Of a stretch of 64,000 bases of DNA, positions 20,414 through 31,434 are shown in pieces. Every line of letters begins with the position of its first letter. Position 1 is the first letter of the stretch. The stretch comes from an uncultured delta proteobacterium (lineage in GTDB: Bacteria > Desulfobacterota > Binatia > UBA9968). A model generated the notes under the pieces. That model made no database searches. It had not been told where the DNA came from and saw only the letters and a program-made list of their open reading frames with translations. The position numbers and the translations under genes were made by a program. The stretch spans positions 96,001 through 160,000 of the forward strand of contig CAWFJP010000014.1 of assembly GCA_963816145.1 (NCBI GenBank), written 5' to 3'.

Positions 20414-20818
20414 ATGAAAATTGACGGCGGCTGCCATTGCGGCAAGATTACCTACACGGCGGAAGTCGATCCCGAGAGTCGGCATCTGTCATTGCACGGA
20501 TTGTCAGACACTGTCCGGGACAGCGTTTCGCGTCAGTGTTTCGGCGGCTAAGGAAACTTTCACTTAGTGGGCGATCTGAAGATTTACGTAAAGACCGCCG
20601 AAAGCGGCGCCAAGCGCGCCCAGGCTTTCTGCCCTGAGTGCGGCACGCCGATCTACGCGACGGCGGCGAGCGATCCGCAAGTATTCAATATCCGCGTCGG
20701 CACGGTTCGCCAGCGCGCCGAGCTGAGGCCAAAAACCCAAGGGTGGTATCGATCCGCGCGGGATTGGGTGAATGATCTTCAATCTATGCCGCAGTTCGCT
20801 AAACAACGAACCGGTTGA
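20414..20818 (+). pseudogene. GFA/CENP-V family Zn protein, two frameshifts
   Basis: MKIDGGCHCG, then CHCTDCQ..SG in a second frame, then FCPECGTP in a third; AGGAG RBS. Confidence 0.85.
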
Positions 20819-20865
20819 GTTGAAGTATAACGGCAATCGGTCTCCCAAGACGAAAGGGATACTCC

Positions 20866-21731
20866 ATGAACGAGGAAGGCAACCGCAAGCGCGAAGAGAG
20901 CCGGCGGGTTTTTAGCGAAGCGGCTCCCATCTACGATCGAATTGGTCCGCCAATTTTTTCCACTGGTCAGCGGCTTGTTGATGTCTCGGAGATATCACTC
21001 GGCGCGAATGTTCTCGACGTTGCGGCGGGTCGTGGCGCCGTGTTGTTCCCGGCGGCCGCGAAAGTTGGCTCAAGCGGGCGCGTTATGGGCATAGATTTTA
21101 CTGCGGCATGGTCAGCGAGACCGCCAAGGATATTGCGAGCCGCAAGATCGCTAACGCTGAAATTCGCCAGATGGACGCCGAGCAGATGGAGTTTGACGAC
21201 GCGGCATTCGATTGCGTCACCTGCGGTTTTGCGATCTGGATGTTCGCCGAGCCGGCGCGGGTTCTGCAGGAATTCCGTCGCGTGCTGCGGCCAGGCGGAC
21301 AGGTAGCTCTCAGCACTTGGGCGGCGGATAACCCGGCCGAAACTTGGTGTCATGACGTGCTTCGACCCTTTGTGGCGGCACCCGCGTCCAAACTGTTGGC
21401 GACGAAAGACGTGAGATTCGACACGCCGTTGCAGTTAGAAACGGTGCTGCGACAGTCGGGCTTCACAGATATTCAAATCACAGTCGAAGAGATGGAGTTT
21501 GTTTATCGCAGCGAGGAACAGTATTGGTCTTCGCTCTGGTCGTCCGGTTTACGGCGCCCACTTGAAAAGATGACCGCGGATTTACTGGCACAGGCCAAGA
21601 GCGAAGTCCTGCGAAAATTTCAAACCTTTAGACAGCCAGATGGATTTCACAAACTGAGTCGCGCTTTATTCGCATCGGCACCAAGCCGCGGCGTAAGCCG
21701 GGCGGCGAATCAGGCGAAGCGACCGGCGTGA
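20866..21731 (+). CDS. Class I SAM-dependent methyltransferase (UbiE-like; frameshift near 21107)
   Basis: VLDVAAGRG and GIDF in first frame; MDAEQM, FDCVTC, RRVLRPGG in second. Confidence 0.82.
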
Positions 21732-21810
21732 CTGCCGTGGTCAGATCGCTCGGAGTTCATAGAGGCGCAAAGAGAGTTAGAGATTAACGGGCGATAGGAG
21801 GAATAGCTCG

Positions 21811-22882
21811 ATGGCTGCTGTTGAACAGATAAAAGCCAAACGTGCCGGTGTTGGCTTGCGCGCTTGCCGATCGCGACGAAGCGTTTGCGGGGTACACTTT
21901 GTTCGCGCGCAAAGCGGCGGCGGCAAAGTTTACTCTGATCGACATTGAAGGGAATGTATCGTCGCACTTGGCAGATGCCGTATGCTCCCGGCAACTCCGG
22001 ATATCTCACCGAAAGAGGCACTTTATTCTACAACGGAAAAATTTGAAGCGGACTCTTTTTCACTCGCAAGCGGACGGTCGGTGTTGGCTCGAAGCGGATT
22101 GGAGCGGCGAGTTCTCGGGAGGTGCGCAACCGGATCATCAACACGACGGCATCCGGGTACGATCGGCAACGTTCTGCTGATCGGCTGCGCGCAGTCGCCG
22201 CAGCATCTCGGTTTCGCAGGCAAAGGCGGCGGCCCGGCACCGAGCACAACGGCGAGATGTAGCGGACTATCTCGTGGAGATGACGACGCATGGCGCGTGG
22301 TTTGGGACTGGCGCACATCGGAGCACCTCGATGCCGCGTCCGACGATCCGGCTCTGCAAGATACGCGCGAAGCGTGGACTCAGCCAACGATCTTGCCGAG
22401 ACGGCGAATGGCGACATCGTGGTGAGCTTTCGGCAATATTTCTGCCGTGATCACCATCGACCGCATGACCGGTGAGGCTATCGGAGCTGGGCGCGCGGCG
22501 GCTCTCCGGTCAACGTGCGCCGATGCCGCTACGCGAACGGTAACATGCTACTGTTCGACAACGGTCCGCACCGGTTGGATCATACGACGGCTTTTTCGCG
22601 CATGATCGAAGTCGAGCTGGCGACCAAGCAAATCGTCTGGAAGTATCAGGAGAGGCGGAGTACGAATTTTACAGCCCGAGGATTCCAACGCTCGGCGCTC
22701 CCGAACGGCAATACATTGGTGCGAAGGCGACTCGCCGTTTTTCGAAGTTACGCGAAATGGCGGTTGCTTTCGGGTAAATCAGGCCCTATTTTGGCGAAGC
22801 ACCGAACGGCTTAACCAATCACGAATTGCGGCTATCGGCAACATCGCCGAGGAAATTGTCTGGGCGAAAGCAACGCAGGTGA
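21811..22882 (+). pseudogene. Arylsulfotransferase-like beta-propeller protein, heavily fragmented
   Basis: GGAGG RBS + MAAVEQIKAKRAGVGLRA; fragments AGYTLFA, LIDIEGN, WQMPY, VWDWR, ANGNMLLFDNGPHRLD, IVWKYQE, LPNGNTL occur in changing frames. Confidence 0.7.
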
Positions 22883-23832
22883 GCTGGGAAATATATTCTT
22901 AGCGTGGTCGGTTCTCTTTTTCTTCAAGGATCGTTTACGCCGCCGAAAAGATTCGCATCGGCTTCCCGGAATTTAACTCCTCGACGTTTACGCTGCCTAT
23001 GGCGCATATCAAAGGATTCTTCCAAGAAGAAGGATTGCAGGCCGAGCTGATTCGAATCCGCTCGGCGATTGCTTTGCCGTCGCTTACCAGCGGGGAGATC
23101 GACTACCATACAGTGGTCGCGCCCGCAGTTACCGCGGCGCTGCGCGGCATTCCGGTGCGCGTCGTCGCTTGTTTTACGCCGGGGCTGACCACGGCGATCA
23201 TTGCGCGCCCAGAGATCAAGACGGTGCAAGATCTCAAAGGCAAGACCATCGGTCTCAATAGCATCGGTGGCGGTCTCGAGAGTACTGTCCGGCTGATGCT
23301 GAAGCACTACGGCCTCGATCCCGACAAGGATGTGAAGTTCCTCGCTACGGGAGGGATCGAGACGCGTTTTGCCGCCTTGAGACAGGGCTTGACCGTGGCG
23401 ACGGCGGGTTCAACGCCGGCCGACTATCTAGGTAAGAAATTTGGCTACGTGGTACTGGCCCGAGCGTACGACTTGTTCAGCTATCCGAACACCGGTTTGG
23501 TCGCCAGCGTGAAAAGCATAAAGGAAAATCCCGATCGGCTTAAGCGGGTGATCAGAGCCGGCATTAAAGCCAATCGTTACATACTGATAAATCGCGAGGG
23601 CACGATTCAAGTCATGATGCAGTGGATGAAAGTCGACCGGGATACTGCGACGGCGACTTACGACGGCTCGGTGAAATCCTTCAATGACGATGGCGCCGTG
23701 TCCGACGCGGGTTTGCGCATCGCCATCGACGAAGCGCGCAAGGCCACGAATATTACGCGCGAGGTGGCATTTAGCGAAGTGTCGGATTTTTCGGTGCTGC
23801 GAGAGGCGCAGCGGGAGATGGGGACGAAATGA
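22879..23832 (+). CDS. NMT1/SsuA-like substrate-binding protein (start uncertain; signal region frameshifted)
   Basis: AAEKIRIGFP upstream in frame, KGFFQEEGL, DLKGKTIG, GLDPDKDV, SDFSVLREAQ. Confidence 0.82.
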
Positions 23833-24857
23833 TTTTGGATTTTGGATTGTCGATTTTGGATTGTCGATCGATTCCCGATGAGCAAATCGTCTCCACGGGA
23901 GCGCTAGGCAAGATTTTGACCAGTGTCTTTGTTCTGTTGTTTCTCGGAGCACCTTCTCAAGCCGCCGATAAGATCAGAATCTCTATGACCGGGTTTGCCG
24001 GGCAGTTCATGACCTTTCCGCTGGCGCAGAAGCGCGGCTTTCTCAAAGAGGAAGGGTTCGAAACTGAGATTGTCCGCATCTCGGCGGGCGCCGGCCGGGC
24101 AGCTTTGACGAACGGCGATATCGATTATTCGACGGGCATCGGCGGGACCGCGATCAATGGCGCGCTTGCCGGCATTCCAATTCGAGTCGTGGCCTGCTTT
24201 GTCCCTGCTCCGGTGCTTGGGCTGGTGGCGCGGCCGGAATTCAAAAGCGTGCAGGCGCTCAAAGGCAAGACCATCGCGATTCTCATTCCCGGCGGGGTGG
24301 CGCATGCGGCCGCGCGGGCGATGGTCAGACATTTCGGTCTCGATCCGGAAAAGGAAATGAAATATCTCGCCGTCGGCCCGCCCGATGCCCGATACGCCGC
24401 GTTGACTCAGAGTTTGGTCGAGGCGGCTATACTCGGACCGCCACTGGATTTCGAGGCGCGCAAACAGGGTTTCAATATTCTCGTTCGGGCCGATGAGGTG
24501 ATGGTTTTGCCGGAGACCGGCCTGGTTGCCGGATTGAAGAAAATCAACGATAAGCCCGACGAGGTCAAGCGCGTCATTCGCGCCGGTATCAAAGCCAATC
24601 GTTACATCCGCGCTAATCGCGATGGCACGGTTCAATTTTTGACGGAATGGCTCAAGCTCAATCGGGAATCCGCTGCTGCAACCTACGACAGCGTCGTCCG
24701 GGTCTATAACGAAGATGTCGACGTCTGCGACAAGGGTCTGCGCGTGATCGTCGACGAAACCAAGAAAACCATGAAGCTCAGCCGCGACGTGCCGTACAGT
24801 GAGGTGGCCCATCTGTCGATTTCTAGAGAAGCGCAGCGGGAACTAGCGGGAAAGTAG
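23829..24857 (+). CDS. NMT1/SsuA-like substrate-binding protein (alternative start TTG 23916)
   Basis: SQAADKIRIS, KRGFLKEEG, ALKGKTIA, GLDPEKEM; close paralog of the upstream gene (VIRAGIKANRYI shared). Confidence 0.85.
   Translation: MILDFGLSILDCRSIPDEQIVSTGALGKILTSVFVLLFLGAPSQAADKIRISMTGFAGQFMTFPLAQKRGFLKEEGFETEIVRISAGAGRAALTNGDIDYSTGIGGTAINGALAGIPIRVVACFVPAPVLGLVARPEFKSVQALKGKTIAILIPGGVAHAAARAMVRHFGLDPEKEMKYLAVGPPDARYAALTQSLVEAAILGPPLDFEARKQGFNILVRADEVMVLPETGLVAGLKKINDKPDEVKRVIRAGIKANRYIRANRDGTVQFLTEWLKLNRESAAATYDSVVRVYNEDVDVCDKGLRVIVDETKKTMKLSRDVPYSEVAHLSISREAQRELAGK
23831..23865. repeat. 7-bp tandem repeat GATTTTG/GATTGTC x5
   Basis: gattttg gattttg gattgtc gattttg gattgtc directly at the stop/start junction. 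Confidence 0.8.
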
Positions 24858-24923
24858 CGGCACAAATTCAATTGCGTTAGGCGGCAACAACAACATCGAA
24901 TACATTGTTCGAAAGGATTGACG

Positions 24924-25748
24924 ATGATCTCAAAAACCATCATTAGATTGATAGCTGTGGGAGGATTTTTATTCTTGTTGTTGGTCGCCAAGCCGTTTGT
25001 CATCGTGCGCGCGGGGACGGTCGGTGTCGTTTATAGCTTCGGCTCGATCGTCGGCCAGTTGGACGAAGGGTTTCATCTGATCTGGCCCTGGTGGTTCGTC
25101 ACCCATACGGATATCAAAGTGCAAAGGGCGGTGTTGGATAAATTGCCGTCCTTCAGCGCCGAGACCCAAGACGTCTTTGTCCGGGCCAGTCTCAACTATC
25201 AGGTGTCACCCAAAGCAGTGCAGACGTTGTTTCGCACGGTCGGGCCGGACTATTTTCATATCTTGATCGAGCCCCGGGTGGCGCAGAACTTCAAGGACGA
25301 AACGGTCAAGTATAAGAGCGTCGACATCGCGCCCAACCGCGAGAAGATCCGCCAGGCGGTGCGCCAGCGGCTCGAAGCGGAACTGTCGCCGTACTCGATC
25401 CATATCATCGATTTATTACTCGACAACGTCGACTTTAGCGCCGCCTTCAAGCAGTCCATCGAAAACAAGCAGATCGCCACGCAGAAGGCCCTCGAGCAAG
25501 AGCAGCTGGTCTCCGCCGCTAAATTCTCCGCCCAGCAACGCGTCGAAACCGAAAAGGGCGAAGGTGAAGCCAAGCTCGCTCGGGCTGAGAAGGAAGCGCT
25601 CGCCAATCAAAGACTGTCGGCCTCGCTGACGCCGTTGCTGGTGCAACATGAAATGATCGACAAGTTGTCTGATAAAATTCAGATCATGGTCGTGCCTCAG
25701 GGGCAGAATTTTCTCATGCAGCTGCCTAATCTCGGGGCCCAGAAATGA
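24924..25748 (+). CDS. SPFH/prohibitin family membrane protein
   Basis: N-terminal TM, GTVGVV..FG, EGFHLIWPW, DFSAAFKQSIENKQIA coiled segment. Confidence 0.88.
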   Translation: MISKTIIRLIAVGGFLFLLLVAKPFVIVRAGTVGVVYSFGSIVGQLDEGFHLIWPWWFVTHTDIKVQRAVLDKLPSFSAETQDVFVRASLNYQVSPKAVQTLFRTVGPDYFHILIEPRVAQNFKDETVKYKSVDIAPNREKIRQAVRQRLEAELSPYSIHIIDLLLDNVDFSAAFKQSIENKQIATQKALEQEQLVSAAKFSAQQRVETEKGEGEAKLARAEKEALANQRLSASLTPLLVQHEMIDKLSDKIQIMVVPQGQNFLMQLPNLGAQK

Positions 25749-25763
25749 TTAGGAGGACAAGCG

Positions 25764-26552
25764 ATGGATTTGGGTCTGCGAGATAAGGTGGCGATTGTGA
25801 CCGGTTCGAGCGATGGTATCGGTCTGGTCACGGCGCGGGCCTTGGCACGGGAAGGCGTGCGCGTGGTAGTCTGCGCACGGCGCGCGGCCAAGCTCTTCGA
25901 CGCTAGGGATATGATGGTCAAGGATACCGGTGCCGAGGTGCTGGCCGTGCAGTGCGATGTGCGCACGCTCGACGACGTCCAGCGCCTGGTCGGTGACACG
26001 CTGCAACGATTCGGCGCGATTCATATTCTGATCAACAATGCCGGCAGTGTGCCATCGATCAAGTTCACCGAGGTTAGCGACGCGCAATGGTACGAGTACT
26101 TGGAGCGCAAATTGATGGGCTTTCTGCGCGTCACGCGGGAAATTGTGCCGCATATGCAAAAGGCGGGTTGGGGACGCATTATCAATGTTGCGGGCACGGC
26201 TGGCTGGGAGCCGAGCCACACCGGGATGGCCGTCGGTCTCAACAATGCCGCGGTGATGAACTGGACGAAATCGATGTCGCTGCAATATGCAAGCGACGGC
26301 ATCTTGGTAAACACGGTCGCGCCCGGCTCCATCGATACGCCGCGTCAGGTTGGCAACCGCCAGCGCGAATCCGAAGTCACCGGCAAAAGCGTCGAGGAAT
26401 TGCGCATGGCGCGGGTGAAAGACATCCCGCTCGGCCGCCTCGGCCGGCCGGAGGAAGTGGCCAACCTGATCGTCTTCCTCGCTTCGGAGTGCTCGAGTTA
26501 TATGACAGGGACTTGCGTAACAATCGATGGCGGCGTAGTGCGCGGGATTTGA
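25764..26552 (+). CDS. Short-chain dehydrogenase/reductase (atypical active site)
   Basis: TGSSDGIG, INNAG, VNTVAPG, IPLGRLG, IDGG; YxxxK replaced by VGLNN; AGGAGG RBS. Confidence 0.9.
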   Translation: MDLGLRDKVAIVTGSSDGIGLVTARALAREGVRVVVCARRAAKLFDARDMMVKDTGAEVLAVQCDVRTLDDVQRLVGDTLQRFGAIHILINNAGSVPSIKFTEVSDAQWYEYLERKLMGFLRVTREIVPHMQKAGWGRIINVAGTAGWEPSHTGMAVGLNNAAVMNWTKSMSLQYASDGILVNTVAPGSIDTPRQVGNRQRESEVTGKSVEELRMARVKDIPLGRLGRPEEVANLIVFLASECSSYMTGTCVTIDGGVVRGI

Positions 26553-26592
26553 TGCGGTGGAGTATCGACGCCAGGTTGATTAGGAGGCGAAT

Positions 26593-27054
26593 ATGCGAGA
26601 CAAAGCGATCGTCTTTGACTCCGGTGAAGGCAAGTTACTCAGTGCACGCGGCAGCGCGATGTTCTTCAAGGCAACCCGTGAAAGCACCAACGGCGCGTTT
26701 TCGTTCATGGAGCGCAGCTTGCCGCCCGGCGGCAGGAAGCCGCCGCCGCATATTCACACCAATTGCGAAGAGGCATTTTACGTTCTCGACGGCGAAATCG
26801 AATTTTTTCTCGGCGAGGAAACAGTTATGGGTCGGCCAGGCTCCTTCGTGCATGTGCCTGGCGGCATCTCGCATACATTCGGCAATGCGGCGAAAACTCC
26901 GTCGCGCCTGCTCATCATCCACGCACCCGCGATGGACTCTTACTTTGAAGAATTACAGGAGCTTTGGTCTAGGCAGGTTCGACCGAGCGTGGATGATGAA
27001 CGAGCCTTGATGAAGCGGCATGGTATGGAGCCGGGCAATGTAAGGGAGTCGTAG
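26593..27054 (+). CDS. Cupin domain protein (quercetinase-like)
   Basis: PPHIH..EEAFYVLDG and VPGGISHTF cupin motifs; AGGAGG RBS. Confidence 0.88.
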   Translation: MRDKAIVFDSGEGKLLSARGSAMFFKATRESTNGAFSFMERSLPPGGRKPPPHIHTNCEEAFYVLDGEIEFFLGEETVMGRPGSFVHVPGGISHTFGNAAKTPSRLLIIHAPAMDSYFEELQELWSRQVRPSVDDERALMKRHGMEPGNVRES

Positions 27055-27129
27055 TCGGTACCTGCCAAACTCACAAATAAGGTCCGTAGGACGATGGAGA
27101 TGCATCCGAATTTCTCAGGAGGATAGGCC

Positions 27130-28242
27130 ATGGCCAAGAATGGTTTCCGCGCATTCGATAGCGATATGCATGTTTTCGAGCCGGCGGACTTGTACACGAC
27201 GTACATGAATCCCAAATGGGGCGAACGGATTCCTGTGGGTCGGCCGCGCGCCAAGCATGGCATGACCCGTTATTTCTTGGGCGATGGCAAGCCGATCCGG
27301 CCGCCGAGTGACGTGGTTGATTTTCATGAGAACAAGATGGCGGAGCGGTTCGCTGAGTCGTTGGCGCGGGACTATGACAATGTGTCGCAACTGGCGGCAA
27401 TGGACAAAGAAGGGCTCGACATCGCAGTGCTGTTTCGCACTTCGCCACTGCATACCAACGAGAGCTTCGAGCCGGAATACGCCAACGATCTGTGCAAGGC
27501 CTGGAATGATTGGATGGCGGACTTCTGCAAGGCGGATTCGCAACGGCTGAAGGGCTCGGCGCTGATCACGCTGCATGACGTCAATCTCGCGGTTCAGGAA
27601 GCCAAGCGCGCGGTGAAGAATGGCGCCGTCGGGCTGTCGCTTTGCCCCGAGCCGATCAATGGCCGGCAGATTCACGACCGCTACTTCGATCCGCTCTGGC
27701 ACGAAGCGCAGGAGATGAATATCCCGATCTGTTTTCACCCACCGGCGCGGCCGCAGCAGCCGCAGGTGTCCAAGGATCGTTTCGAAGGACATCCGAACCA
27801 GGCCTTGCTGGTCAACCCGCTGCGCAATCCCATCGAGCAGATCCTCGCCGTCAGCGCCTTCACTGCCGGCGGCGTGCTGGAACGCTTCCCGCGACTTAAG
27901 GTCGCTTTTCTCGAAGGCAACTGCGCGTGGCTGCCGTGGTTGCTCTATCGCATCGACGAGTATTGGGAGATGCAGGGGGCGATGGCGGATATCCCGCTGC
28001 GCCAGAAGCCAAGCGAGTATTTCAAGCAACAGTGCTTCATTTCCGTCGATGTCGACGAGAAGTTGGTCAAGAATGTCATCGACTATTTGGGCGATGACAA
28101 CATCGTGATCTCGACCGATTATCCGCATATCGATTGCCGCTGGCCGCACGCCTTGGATGAGTTCTTGTCGATTCCGGTCGCCGAACCTTCGAAACGAAAA
28201 ATTCTTTGGGATAATTGCGCCAGGCTCTATAACCATCACTAA
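27130..28242 (+). CDS. Amidohydrolase_2 family protein
   Basis: FDSDMHVFEP, ICFH, FLEGN, ISTDYPH, ILWDNCARLY. Confidence 0.92.
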   Translation: MAKNGFRAFDSDMHVFEPADLYTTYMNPKWGERIPVGRPRAKHGMTRYFLGDGKPIRPPSDVVDFHENKMAERFAESLARDYDNVSQLAAMDKEGLDIAVLFRTSPLHTNESFEPEYANDLCKAWNDWMADFCKADSQRLKGSALITLHDVNLAVQEAKRAVKNGAVGLSLCPEPINGRQIHDRYFDPLWHEAQEMNIPICFHPPARPQQPQVSKDRFEGHPNQALLVNPLRNPIEQILAVSAFTAGGVLERFPRLKVAFLEGNCAWLPWLLYRIDEYWEMQGAMADIPLRQKPSEYFKQQCFISVDVDEKLVKNVIDYLGDDNIVISTDYPHIDCRWPHALDEFLSIPVAEPSKRKILWDNCARLYNHH

Positions 28243-28256
28243 ATGTTGGAGTTGCC

Positions 28257-29213
28257 GTGGTTTATTTCACGTCGTTGCTGTCAGTCGTCGTTTGTTTTTT
28301 GGCGCTAGTCCGTGGCGAAGGGCTGGCGCAAACCCGTTTCCGCGCTTCCTACGGATCCCTTTCGGTGTCCCAAGTCGTTTTACCGTTGGGTGCGCGTGCC
28401 GGGATCTTTCAAAAAAATGGCCTCACCGTCGAACCGATTTATATCGGCGGCCGATCGGTTTCGGCCTTGATCAGCGGCGATGTCCAATTCGGTATCATGG
28501 GCGGACCGCCGGCGATTTTGGCGCGGGTCGGCGGCGCCGATGTGGTGATGATCGCGGGACTGAATGGCCTCGATCAAATTCTCGTCGCGGTACCGGCGAT
28601 CAAGCGCGCTGCGGACTTGATCGGCAAACGGGTCGGCATCAGCCGTTTCGGGACCACGGCGGATTATGGCGCGCGTATCGGTCTTAAGAAGCTAAAGCTG
28701 CAAGCCCAGAAAGATGTGACACTGATACAGATAGGCGATACCCCGGCGCGCATTGGCGGCATGTTGTCGGGTGCCATCGAAGCGGCGACTTTGAACAGCA
28801 GCGAGAAAGAGTTAGCGTCGCGCTATGGTTTCCACGTGATCGCGGACCCCGCCGACATCGAGTTTCCCAGCAATGCGATCGTGACGACGCGGGCGTTGAT
28901 GAAATCCAATCGGGAGGATGTCAAACGATTTTTGCGCGGCTTGGTTGAAGTCATTCAACTCAGCAAAACCCAACCGGAGCGAACCAAAAAATTACTCCAG
29001 GAAATTTATCGGCAGAACGACGACGGCGTGATTGGCAAGCGCTACCAGGCGATGGTCGAGATGTTCCCCGATTATCCGGTTTTAACCAAAGGCGCGATTC
29101 AGTCGTTTCTCGAAATTCTCCGTGACGAGGGCAAGCTGAAAGAACCTTTCGCTCCAGAATCCTATATCGACATGAGCTTGATGGCTGAGTTGGAGCGGGA
29201 GCGGAAGAAGTAA
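28257..29213 (+). CDS. NMT1/SsuA-like substrate-binding protein
   Basis: Signal peptide GLAQ, GIFQKNGL, DLIGKRVG, KDVTLIQIG, YIDMSL. Confidence 0.87.
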   Translation: MVYFTSLLSVVVCFLALVRGEGLAQTRFRASYGSLSVSQVVLPLGARAGIFQKNGLTVEPIYIGGRSVSALISGDVQFGIMGGPPAILARVGGADVVMIAGLNGLDQILVAVPAIKRAADLIGKRVGISRFGTTADYGARIGLKKLKLQAQKDVTLIQIGDTPARIGGMLSGAIEAATLNSSEKELASRYGFHVIADPADIEFPSNAIVTTRALMKSNREDVKRFLRGLVEVIQLSKTQPERTKKLLQEIYRQNDDGVIGKRYQAMVEMFPDYPVLTKGAIQSFLEILRDEGKLKEPFAPESYIDMSLMAELERERKK

Positions 29214-29243
29214 ATTGGCCTGACGGCGGCAAGGGTGGGATTC

Positions 29244-30190
29244 ATGGCTTGTTGGTTTGCCAGTTTTGTCTTTGTGATACTTCTTTCGTTGCCGAGTTTA
29301 GCTCTCAGTCAGATCAAGGTACGAGGGGCTTACGGCACTCCGAGTCTCAGCCAGGTCGTTTTTCCCCTCGGTGTCCAGACCGGCATGTTTGAGCGCCAGG
29401 GACTCAATATGGAGTCGGTCTACATCGCAGGACGGTCTGTTAACATTCTATTGAGCGGCGATGTGCAATTTGGTTTTACCGGCGGGCCCCAGGTCGTCCT
29501 TGCGCGCGTCTCCGGCGCGGATCTCGTTACGATCGCCGGTCTCAATCGCTTGGGTCAAATGATAGCAGCCCATCCATCAATTAAATCACCGGCGGATCTT
29601 ATCGGCAAAAAAGTCGGTATCGGCGTTTTCGGCACCACCGCCGACTACGGCATGCGGCTCGGTCTGCGCAAGCTCAACCTGCGCGCGAACAAAGAGGTTA
29701 CGTTCATACAAGTCGGCGATGTGCCGGCGCGCATCGCTGCCGTAACTTCCGGCGCGGTTCATGCGGTGGTGCTGAGCAGCTATGATAAACATTTCCTCCA
29801 ACAGCATGGCTTGCGCTTGCTCGCGGAGACCGAAGATATCGACTTCATGGGCTCGGGCATCATGACCACGGAATCCTACGCGCGGACCAACCGGGATGTC
29901 GTTCTCAGATTGCTGCGCGGCGTGGTCGAAACTATCCGATTCATTAAAACCGAACCGAAACGAACTACTGACCTGCTGGGTCGAATCTATCGTGAAAATG
30001 ACCAAGCGATATTGGCGCGGCGCTACCAGACTCTGCTCACCGTCTATCCCGACTATCCGTATGTTTCGGTAGCGTCGATTCAATCGATCTCGATGTGCTC
30101 AAGGAAGACGGCAAGATTAAAGATGCGCCGCCCGCGCAGAGCTTCATTGATATGAGTTATTTGCGAACGGTGGAGAAGGAGCGGAGATAA
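29244..30190 (+). CDS. NMT1/SsuA-like substrate-binding protein (frameshift near 30090)
   Basis: Tandem paralog of 28257-29213; the C-terminus DVLKEDGKIKDAPPAQSFIDMSYLRTVEKERR is in a shifted frame ending TAA 30188-30190. Confidence 0.83.
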
Positions 30191-30193
30191 GTC

Positions 30194-30269
30194 GTTCAAC
30201 AGTTCGAAGGTTCAAAGTTTCAAGGTTTCGTTCCGCACGTTGAACCTTTGAACGGTTGAAAATTGAACC
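30194..30269. repeat. 8-bp-period inverted repeat (GTTCAAnn / nnTTGAAC)
   Basis: gttcaaca gttcgaag gttcaaag tttcaagg ... ttgaacct ttgaacgg ttgaaaa ttgaacc. Confidence 0.78.
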
Positions 30270-31414
30270 GATGGCGTTAGCTCGTCAATCCCATAAAACT
30301 TCACGCAGTTGTCCCACAGTATTTTCTTCCGACTAGCGCCCGGCATTTCCTGATGGAAAAACTCTTGTGTTGCTTTGGGGAAGTCGGAGTCGCTGTGCGG
30401 GTAGTCCGATGAGAAGACGATGTTATCGTCGCCGATCTGTTGGACGACAAAGCCGACATCGGCTTCGTCGCCTTCGCAGCCGATCACGCATTGCCGTTTG
30501 AAATATTCGCTTGGTTTCATGGTCAGCAGCGGCGCGTCGTTCTTGCCCAGTTGGCCCCAGTGACGGTCCATGCGTTGCAGCCAGGCCGGGGCCCAGCCGC
30601 AATTGCATTCCAAGAAGCCGACTTTCAGCTGGGGAAAACGTTCCAAGACGCCGCCGACAATGATGTCGACCATGGTCACCATCTGGCCGGTGACATGGGT
30701 GCAGATATGGCGCAGCAAGCGATTGCCCATGCCGAAGCGTTCGAGATGGGGATAATGACCGGAGTTCGTGCATTCGTGAAAGCCGACGGTCATGCCGGTT
30801 TCTTCGAGCTCGGCCCAGAGCGGTTCCCAATAGACGCTGAACCAAGTCTGCCCCGGCAACGGCGTGGCGCGAAGAAAGGCGGTAACAAATCCGAGTTTCT
30901 CTCGCGCACGGCGGGCTTCGCGCACCGCGAGGGAAACATCGTGGGGCGGCAGCAGGGCGGCGCCGTACAAACGTTTGGGATTCTCCCGGCAGAAGTCGTA
31001 GAGCCAATCGTTGTAGGCCCGGCAAATCGCCTCCGCGAGCAACGGGTCCATATCCGGCATGGTCATGATGTGCAAGCACGCCGTTGGGAACAGCACGGCG
31101 ACATCGATGCCCTCGATGTCCATGGCTTCGAGTTGCGACTTGGCGTTGAAGTTTTGCCTGCGCGCGAAGTCTATGACATCGCCGCGGGTATTGTTGCGCT
31201 TGCCGCTGATCATGCGCAAATCATTCGCCAGCGTTGGGCTGTTCTGGCGCGGCTCCTTGCCGTCGATCATCAACAGATTCAAGTCGCCGCGCGTCGGCAC
31301 CCGAACCGGCCGCGGCGCGCGGTCTTTGAAACGCGGCTCGATATATTTCTCCCACAAGTCCAATGGCTCCATGATGTGCATGTCGGAATCGATGATTTTA
31401 AAGCCATTTTTCAT
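30212..31414 (-). CDS. Amidohydrolase_2 family protein (C-terminus reads into the repeat)
   Basis: IDSDMHIMEP, VGFH, FLECN, FSSDYPH, ILWDNCVKFY. Confidence 0.92.
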   Translation of the reverse strand: MKNGFKIIDSDMHIMEPLDLWEKYIEPRFKDRAPRPVRVPTRGDLNLLMIDGKEPRQNSPTLANDLRMISGKRNNTRGDVIDFARRQNFNAKSQLEAMDIEGIDVAVLFPTACLHIMTMPDMDPLLAEAICRAYNDWLYDFCRENPKRLYGAALLPPHDVSLAVREARRAREKLGFVTAFLRATPLPGQTWFSVYWEPLWAELEETGMTVGFHECTNSGHYPHLERFGMGNRLLRHICTHVTGQMVTMVDIIVGGVLERFPQLKVGFLECNCGWAPAWLQRMDRHWGQLGKNDAPLLTMKPSEYFKRQCVIGCEGDEADVGFVVQQIGDDNIVFSSDYPHSDSDFPKATQEFFHQEMPGASRKKILWDNCVKFYGIDELTPSVQFSTVQRFNVRNETLKL

Positions 31415-31434
31415 GAGCAGCCTCTGCGGCGAAG

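Noticed and set aside
27115-28239. 374-aa antisense ORF (likewise 50427-51836, 53344-54420, 30440-31456, 23904-24812, 56506-57468)
   Set aside because: Shadow ORFs opposite well-supported genes; expected from high-GC codon bias, with no recognisable motifs.
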